Of a stretch of 39,789 bases of DNA, positions 34,789 to 39,789 are shown piece by piece. Source of the stretch: an uncultured Smithella sp. (GTDB lineage Bacteria; Desulfobacterota; Syntrophia; Syntrophales; Smithellaceae). The notes beneath the pieces are model-generated. The model ran no database searches, was not told the origin of the DNA, and worked only from the letters and a program-made list of their open reading frames with translations. Location of the stretch: positions 1 through 39,789 of the forward strand of contig CAYOPU010000002.1 in the NCBI GenBank assembly GCA_964405915.1, written 5' to 3'. A program made the translations under genes and the position numbers. How positions within the stretch are numbered: the first letter of the stretch is position 1; every line of letters begins with the position of its first letter.

Positions 34789-35850
34789 TTACGATCGAAG
34801 CTTTTCAAATTCTCTCAGGAGGTCTTCCTGCTTTCTCGTTAATTCTGTTGGAATTTTTACAAAGACTTCAATGATCTGATCTCCCCGACCGTATCCCTGC
34901 ACATGAGGAATGCCCTTGCCTTTAAGGCGGAACGTACGGCCGGTTTGGGTGCCTCTGGGGATTTTGATTTTCTCGGTTTCTTTTAAGGTAGGGACTTCAA
35001 TCGTTGCGCCGAGTGCGGCCTGAACAAAAGAGATGGGAACGCGGCAGATCACGTCATCTTCAGAGCGAACGAAAAAATCATGCTCTTCCACCTGTAAAAA
35101 GACATAAAGATCACCGTTGGGGCCGCCTTGATCGCCTGCTTCACCTTCGCCGCGCAGACGCAACCGGGAACCGGTGTCCACGCCGGCGGGGATTTTTAAT
35201 TCGACCGTTTTACATTGCTGTTTTTTGCCTGTGCCGCGACAGGTATTGCAGGGTTTGGAAATAAATTTGCCGTGACCGTGACAATGGGGACAGGTGGAAC
35301 TGATGGTGAAAAACCCGCTCGATTGAATAACCTGGCCTCTTCCCTGACAGGTCGGACAGGTGGAAGGAGATGTGCCGGGCGCCGCTCCGGTTCCCTGACA
35401 TTCATGGCAGGTATGGAGTTTTTGCAGATCGATGGTGGTTGTTAGTCCGAAAGCCGCATCCAGAAAAGATATTTTCATGTCATAACGCAAATCAGCGCCG
35501 GTACGGGCCGCCTGCCGTGTCCGTCCGCGGCCGCGCTGGTGCCCGAAGCCGAATACATCTTCAAAAATATCGCCGAAATTGGAAAAAACATCGTCAAAAC
35601 CGTTGAAACCCTGAAAGCCGGTGTTGCTCAAACCAGCATGGCCATATTGATCATAAATCTCTCTTTTTTGTCTGTCGCTTAAGACTTCGTAAGCCTCGGC
35701 GGCTTCCTTGAATTTTTCTTCCGCCTCTTTGTTTCCCGGGTTTTTATCGGGATGACATTGCATGGCTATTTTCCGGTAATTTTTCTTGAGCTCTTCATCC
35801 GAGGCTGTTTTGCCGACGCCCAGAATTTCGTAATAATCCCTCTTGGTCAT
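34789..35850 (-). CDS. dnaJ: Molecular chaperone DnaJ (class A; not linked to dnaK/grpE)
   Basis: 353 aa. J domain with HPD (QCHPDKNPG), a G/F-rich linker, and four CxxCxGxG repeats ([32 protein letters not shown]). Its ATG overlaps the upstream gene's stop (ATGA at 35850-35847). Confidence 0.93.
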   Translation of the reverse strand: MTKRDYYEILGVGKTASDEELKKNYRKIAMQCHPDKNPGNKEAEEKFKEAAEAYEVLSDRQKREIYDQYGHAGLSNTGFQGFNGFDDVFSNFGDIFEDVFGFGHQRGRGRTRQAARTGADLRYDMKISFLDAAFGLTTTIDLQKLHTCHECQGTGAAPGTSPSTCPTCQGRGQVIQSSGFFTISSTCPHCHGHGKFISKPCNTCRGTGKKQQCKTVELKIPAGVDTGSRLRLRGEGEAGDQGGPNGDLYVFLQVEEHDFFVRSEDDVICRVPISFVQAALGATIEVPTLKETEKIKIPRGTQTGRTFRLKGKGIPHVQGYGRGDQIIEVFVKIPTELTRKQEDLLREFEKLRS

Positions 35851-36245
35851 GCGCTTTGTTTTGCTTCCTCCGCTTTCATCTTTGCCGTCAGCGTATTTAA
35901 TAATTCCGCGTCATTGGTCTTTTCCAGAGCATGCCGGGCAAATAAATATTTTTTAAGCTCGACGGCTTTTTTCGCGATTTCTTTCCAGTCGGTGTTGCGA
36001 AGCTCATTGCCCAGCGCCCTGGCCGCGCTCTGGAAAAGGAAGGTGTCGCCGTTTTCGAGCGCCCGGTCTTTCGTTTTCTGCATGCCGGCCTGGTGTCTGG
36101 CTTTGGCATAGAAGTCCAGGGCGTCGGAAAGAGCCCCTGCCTTCAGATACAAATCTCCGTAACTGATCAGCGCTTCGGCGGATGTGTTGTTAATATATAA
36201 TATTTTTTGTTTTAAACGGTAATCCGGCAGTTTTCGTATGCTCAA
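35847..36245 (-). CDS. Small helical (TPR-like) protein translationally coupled to dnaJ; probable TTG start
   Basis: Track ORF 35847..36329. The N-terminal 28 codons of that ORF overlap the purC terminator. AGGAGG (36257-36252) followed by 6 nt and TTG (36245-36243) gives a 132-aa product: (M)[48 protein letters not shown]... Confidence 0.55.
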   Translation of the reverse strand: MSIRKLPDYRLKQKILYINNTSAEALISYGDLYLKAGALSDALDFYAKARHQAGMQKTKDRALENGDTFLFQSAARALGNELRNTDWKEIAKKAVELKKYLFARHALEKTNDAELLNTLTAKMKAEEAKQSA

Positions 36246-36258
36246 GGAGTTCCTCCTG

Positions 36259-36291
36259 AAAAAAAATAACGCGGTGCAAATGAACACCGCG
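36259..36291 (-). terminator. Intrinsic terminator downstream of purC
   Basis: Minus strand reads CGCGGTG-TTCATTTG-CACCGCG followed by TTATTTTTTTT. The 7-bp GC stem is at 36291-36285 / 36276-36270, and the U-tract is at 36269-36259. Confidence 0.8.
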
Positions 36292-36335
36292 TAATTAAAT
36301 GACGGTTCGGCTTTTGTCAATAGCTGCAAAATGAA

Positions 36336-37217
36336 TTATTTTACCAGACGGGCGAATGCCTCCTCGTACTTGGCCCGTGTTTTTGCAATAATGTCCGGAG
36401 GCAGTTCGGGCGCGGGCGGTTTTTGATTCCAGTGAAGGGAGAGCAGATAATCGCGCAGGAACTGTTTATCAAAACTTCTTTGCGCCCGGCCTTCTTCGTA
36501 TTCATCGGCCGGCCAGAAGCGGGACGAATCGGGTGTCAGTAATTCATCGATCAGAATCAATTTTTTATCAATGAGTCCGAACTCCATTTTGGTGTCGGCG
36601 ATAACAATGCCGGCCTTTAAAGCAATCGACGACGCCCGCTCGTAGATGGCCAGAGACTTTTTGATAATGCTGTCTGTAAGTTCCGCCCCGATAATATCTT
36701 CCATTTCAGAACGGGTGATCGGCGAGTCGTGATCGCCTTCCGGCGCCTTGGTCGTCGGCGTAAAAACCGCTTGAGGGAGTCTGCTGGATTCTGTCAGACC
36801 CTCCGGCAGTTTGATGCCGGAAATGGTCTGGCTGTGGCGGTAGTCCTTCCAACCGGAACCGGACAGATAACCCCGTACGATGCATTCCACGGGCAGCGGC
36901 GTCGTCTTTTTGACCAGCATGCTACGGCCTTCCAGACTTTCGAAATAGGGGGCGCATTCCGGGGGAAAATCGGCGGCGTCCGTTGAGATGATGTGGTTGC
37001 CGATAATATCTTCCATCTGCTTAAACCAGAACGCGGACATTTTGTTGAGAATCACGCCTTTGCCGGGAATTGCATTGTGCATCACGACATCGAAAGCCGA
37101 AATCCGGTCAGTGGCCACAAGCAGCAAGTTATCCTGCACGGCATAAAGGTCACGCACTTTGCCGCGGTTAAGAAATTTCAGTTTCGGGAAATTCGTCAAT
37201 GAAATGCTTTTTTTCAT
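36336..37217 (-). CDS. purC: Phosphoribosylaminoimidazole-succinocarboxamide (SAICAR) synthase PurC
   Basis: 293 aa. GKVRDLYAV, LLLVATDRISAFDVVM, ECIVRGYLSGSGW, ADTKMEFG. Confidence 0.95.
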   Translation of the reverse strand: MKKSISLTNFPKLKFLNRGKVRDLYAVQDNLLLVATDRISAFDVVMHNAIPGKGVILNKMSAFWFKQMEDIIGNHIISTDAADFPPECAPYFESLEGRSMLVKKTTPLPVECIVRGYLSGSGWKDYRHSQTISGIKLPEGLTESSRLPQAVFTPTTKAPEGDHDSPITRSEMEDIIGAELTDSIIKKSLAIYERASSIALKAGIVIADTKMEFGLIDKKLILIDELLTPDSSRFWPADEYEEGRAQRSFDKQFLRDYLLSLHWNQKPPAPELPPDIIAKTRAKYEEAFARLVK

Positions 37218-37232
37218 AGGTTGTCGGCTCCT

Positions 37233-37862
37233 TTAGCGAACTGAGAGGTTAAACTTTTTTTCGTGGCCGATGGTGGACGTTGGCGTCCGACCGTAATTAT
37301 GGCCCGGCAAAACTTTGGTATTATCAGGCAATGTGAAAAGTTTCGTTTTGATTGCATTATACATGGTTTGCCAGGAGCCGCCGGGTAAATCGGTGCGACC
37401 GACTGCTTCCACAAAAAGCGTGTCGCCCGTAAAGACATAACCGGGCGTGTAAAGGCACATGCCACCGGGGGAGTGGCCGGGGGTATGGATGACTTTCAGT
37501 TCAACGTTTCCTGCGGAGATAATTTGCCCATCCTGGACCAGCATGTCCGGAGGCGGGGACTGCGCCGCGCCGAACATGCGCAACATCGCGGCGGGTGTGG
37601 ATGTCAGCATGAAGGCATCGTCCTCATGGACAATGATCTTCGCACCGGTGAGTTTTTTCATTTCCGCGTTGCCGCCAATATGGTCAACATGGCCATGTGT
37701 GTTGACGATATAGTTGATCCTGAGATTGTTATTTGCCGCCAATGCCAGAATATCGTGAGTGTTGTCAGCCGGGTCGATGACCAGCGCATCCCCTGTGACA
37801 GGGTCGCCGACGAGATAGGCGAAAACGGCCATTTGGCCGACCTGTAGTTGTTGAACGAACAT
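37233..37862 (-). CDS. MBL-fold metallo-hydrolase (glyoxalase II-like)
   Basis: 209 aa. HxHxDH motif (NTHGHVDHIGG), then HTPGHSPG, and GDTLF. Confidence 0.85.
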   Translation of the reverse strand: MFVQQLQVGQMAVFAYLVGDPVTGDALVIDPADNTHDILALAANNNLRINYIVNTHGHVDHIGGNAEMKKLTGAKIIVHEDDAFMLTSTPAAMLRMFGAAQSPPPDMLVQDGQIISAGNVELKVIHTPGHSPGGMCLYTPGYVFTGDTLFVEAVGRTDLPGGSWQTMYNAIKTKLFTLPDNTKVLPGHNYGRTPTSTIGHEKKFNLSVR

Positions 37863-37921
37863 GACGACTCCTTAAAAAAACACAGGGAATTTACTAGCAC
37901 TATTTTATTGAATTCGTCAAT

Positions 37922-39271
37922 TTAAATCCGGCGTTTTAAAATAGCGCCAAAGAAACCGTCCATCGGATGCCTGTGCGGGTAAGTCCTTAAAAATCCACGA
38001 CTATCCGTCAAACTGTTGTGAAGAATCGCCCGGGGCATCTCCCTGTTGAATTGCGGGTAGTCAGCTAAAAATTGCCGGACAACATCTTCATTTTCAGCAG
38101 GCAGGAGGGAACAGGTGCAATAAATCAGACAGCCGCCCTTTTTAACGGCGGCGGCCGCGTTTTGCAGGATGGTCTGCTGGGTTTTTGTCTGCGTAAGGAT
38201 ATCGCCGGATTTTAAACGCCACTTGATTTCGGGATTGCGTCTCAGTGTGCCTGTGCCGGAGCAGGGCGCATCCACCAGAACATGATCAAATTTTTCGATA
38301 AAATCAGATGAGAGAGAATGACTCAGATCCGCTTGCCTGGTTTCAATAATGGATACTCCCATTCTGAAACTCTCTTTTTGCAGTTGGCAGATCTTTTCAG
38401 CGTCTCGGTCCATGGCCATAATTCGGCCTTTATTTTTCATGATGGCTGCCAGATGAGTGGTTTTGCCGCCGCTGCCTGCGCAAACATCCAGGATAGTTTC
38501 GCCGCTTTGGGGGCTGACCAGATAAGAAACCAGTTGAGCCGCTTCGTCCTGAAGCCGCAGAAATCCGTCTTTAAAAAAAAATGTTTTTTGAATGGGACGG
38601 GGCGGATCAAGAAGGACGATCCCGTCAGGTGAAAATCGCGTCGGCTCGCAACTGAAATCTTCGGCTTTGAGCTTTTCTTCCAGTTCTTCACGTGAAACTT
38701 TCAACGGGTTGACGCGAATTGTCAGCGGGGGCAACTCATTGTTGGCTTGGCATAGAGTCTTTGTTTCTTCTTTGCCGTAAGTATTGAGCCACGCCTTCAC
38801 CAGCCACAGCGGATGAGAGTAAAGCGCCGCCAGATGTTCCTCGGGATTTTTTTCTAAAGAGGGGAATGCAAGTTTATCCGTGTTGCGCAGGTAACTTCTC
38901 AAAACGGCATTGATCAATCCGCCCGCCGCCGGAGCGGTATGTTTAGCGATTTTGACGGCTTCGTCCACCGCCGCGAAAGCCGGCAGACGGTCGCTGAATT
39001 TAAGTTGAAACAGGCCTGTGCGCAGGATGTTTTTAACGTTCTCCTCCATTTTTACATAATCGCCGCGATAAAGCCTGGAAATGATCCAGTCCAGATGTCC
39101 CCGCATGCGCAGGACGCCATATACCAGATGGGTCAGCAGCCGCCCATCCGCCGTGCCGGACAGAGACTGCTGATCGAGCGCTTGATCCAGCAAATCTCCG
39201 GCAAAAGCCTGACTTTGCGAAACGGAATTCAAAATGTCCACTGCCTGTCGGCGAATTGTTTTTTTCATCAT
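37922..39271 (-). CDS. rsmB: 16S rRNA (cytosine967-C5)-methyltransferase RsmB (Sun)
   Basis: 449 aa. NusB-like N-terminal domain, SAM pocket ILDVCAGSGGKT, catalytic DAPCSGTG and IYCTCS motifs. It follows fmt as in most bacteria. Confidence 0.93.
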   Translation of the reverse strand: MMKKTIRRQAVDILNSVSQSQAFAGDLLDQALDQQSLSGTADGRLLTHLVYGVLRMRGHLDWIISRLYRGDYVKMEENVKNILRTGLFQLKFSDRLPAFAAVDEAVKIAKHTAPAAGGLINAVLRSYLRNTDKLAFPSLEKNPEEHLAALYSHPLWLVKAWLNTYGKEETKTLCQANNELPPLTIRVNPLKVSREELEEKLKAEDFSCEPTRFSPDGIVLLDPPRPIQKTFFFKDGFLRLQDEAAQLVSYLVSPQSGETILDVCAGSGGKTTHLAAIMKNKGRIMAMDRDAEKICQLQKESFRMGVSIIETRQADLSHSLSSDFIEKFDHVLVDAPCSGTGTLRRNPEIKWRLKSGDILTQTKTQQTILQNAAAAVKKGGCLIYCTCSLLPAENEDVVRQFLADYPQFNREMPRAILHNSLTDSRGFLRTYPHRHPMDGFFGAILKRRI

Positions 39272-39310
39272 AAACCCTTAGCTCATGGTTCGTAGCTCGT
39301 AGCTTTAAAT

Positions 39311-39789
39311 CTATGCTAAAACACTTCCCGGTGTTAGTTTATATCCACGCAAAAAGTCGCCGATGGGCATTCTTTTCTTTCCGGCCATCTGGATATCTTT
39401 CAATAGGACATAACCGTCGGATGCCGCAACGGATAATCCGGATTTATCGATAATGCTGATGATGCCGGGAGCGTGGTTCACAGAACCCGGATGAGCCTCT
39501 GCGGTAAAGATTTTCATCAATTGTTCATTCAACGAAGTATAGGCGGCAGGGGAGGGGGAAAGCCCGCGGATGAGATTGACGATATCAGAGGCGCTGTTCT
39601 GCCAGTTAATTCTGCCTGTTTCTTTGGCCAGGCGGGGAGCCAAAGTTACGCCTGAGGCATCCTGAGGTTGTCTCCGTACAGTGCCTGCGACTGCTTTTTC
39701 GATGGTTTGGACAAGCAATGTCGCGCCCAGTTTCGCCAGACGGTCATGAAGGTCTCCATAGGTTTCCGATGCCCCGATGGGAGTTTCTT
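39311..39789 (-). CDS. fmt: Methionyl-tRNA formyltransferase Fmt, C-terminal part (5' end beyond right window edge)
   Basis: The track ORF 39311..39718 begins at an internal TTG. The frame stays open to the edge (...ETPIGASETYGDLHDRLAKLGATLLVQTIEKAVAGTV...QPQDASGVTLAPRLAKETGRINW...). This is the typical Fmt linker plus C-terminal OB-like domain. Confidence 0.9.
   Translation of the reverse strand, partial: ETPIGASETYGDLHDRLAKLGATLLVQTIEKAVAGTVRRQPQDASGVTLAPRLAKETGRINWQNSASDIVNLIRGLSPSPAAYTSLNEQLMKIFTAEAHPGSVNHAPGIISIIDKSGLSVAASDGYVLLKDIQMAGKKRMPIGDFLRGYKLTPGSVLA

Noticed and set aside
1-39789. CRISPR arrays, tRNA/rRNA genes, IS elements, integrases, prophage or toxin-antitoxin/defence gene signatures
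   Set aside because: I looked for regular direct-repeat/spacer periodicity, tRNA T-arm motifs (GGTTCGAATCC-like), transposase or integrase-like ORFs and terminal inverted repeats. None was found apart from the 94-nt hairpin repeat pair reported above.

Overview
Dense chromosomal window with about 35 protein genes from a Gram-negative bacterium. The gene content (LpxC, RND pump, sigma-54 activator, PAS-rich hybrid kinases with an AHDFNN H-box, FNT/OFA carriers, radical SAM) feels like a Desulfobacterota-type anaerobe. That is an impression, not a search result. I found no rRNA, tRNA, CRISPR array, transposase, integrase or phage genes. Gene order, left to right: TetR / MFP / RND pump (-); membrane PAS-GGDEF-EAL (-); two divergently oriented paralogous hybrid histidine kinases bracketing a secreted orphan protein; patatin; a minus-strand carrier operon (FNT channel, membrane-anchored OB-fold protein, one or two micro-ORFs absent from the ORF track, OFA-type MFS); a DUF4177-like gene; a radical SAM enzyme with an Elp3-like Cx4Cx2C motif; a degenerate CDF; a multi-TM hybrid kinase translationally coupled to a SpoT-type HD hydrolase; yebC-ruvCAB; queH; lpxC-DUF4390-ntrY-ntrX; an LPG-synthase-TM-like protein; a DUF3568 lipoprotein; a TPR-like gene coupled to dnaJ; purC; an MBL hydrolase; rsmB; fmt. 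Non-coding signals: a 94-nt triple-hairpin repeat present as an inverted pair 6.7 kb apart, a TetR-type operator palindrome, several near-consensus sigma-70 promoters (one implying a leaderless mRNA), a good sigma-54 -24/-12 match upstream of lpxC, and two clean intrinsic terminators. No recognisable defence or mobile system is present. The best candidates for undescribed biology are the HD-hydrolase/kinase pair, the FNT-OB-microprotein-MFS operon, the kinase-orphan-kinase triad, the radical SAM locus and the hairpin repeat family. All calls come from reading the sequence by eye; none is backed by a database search.
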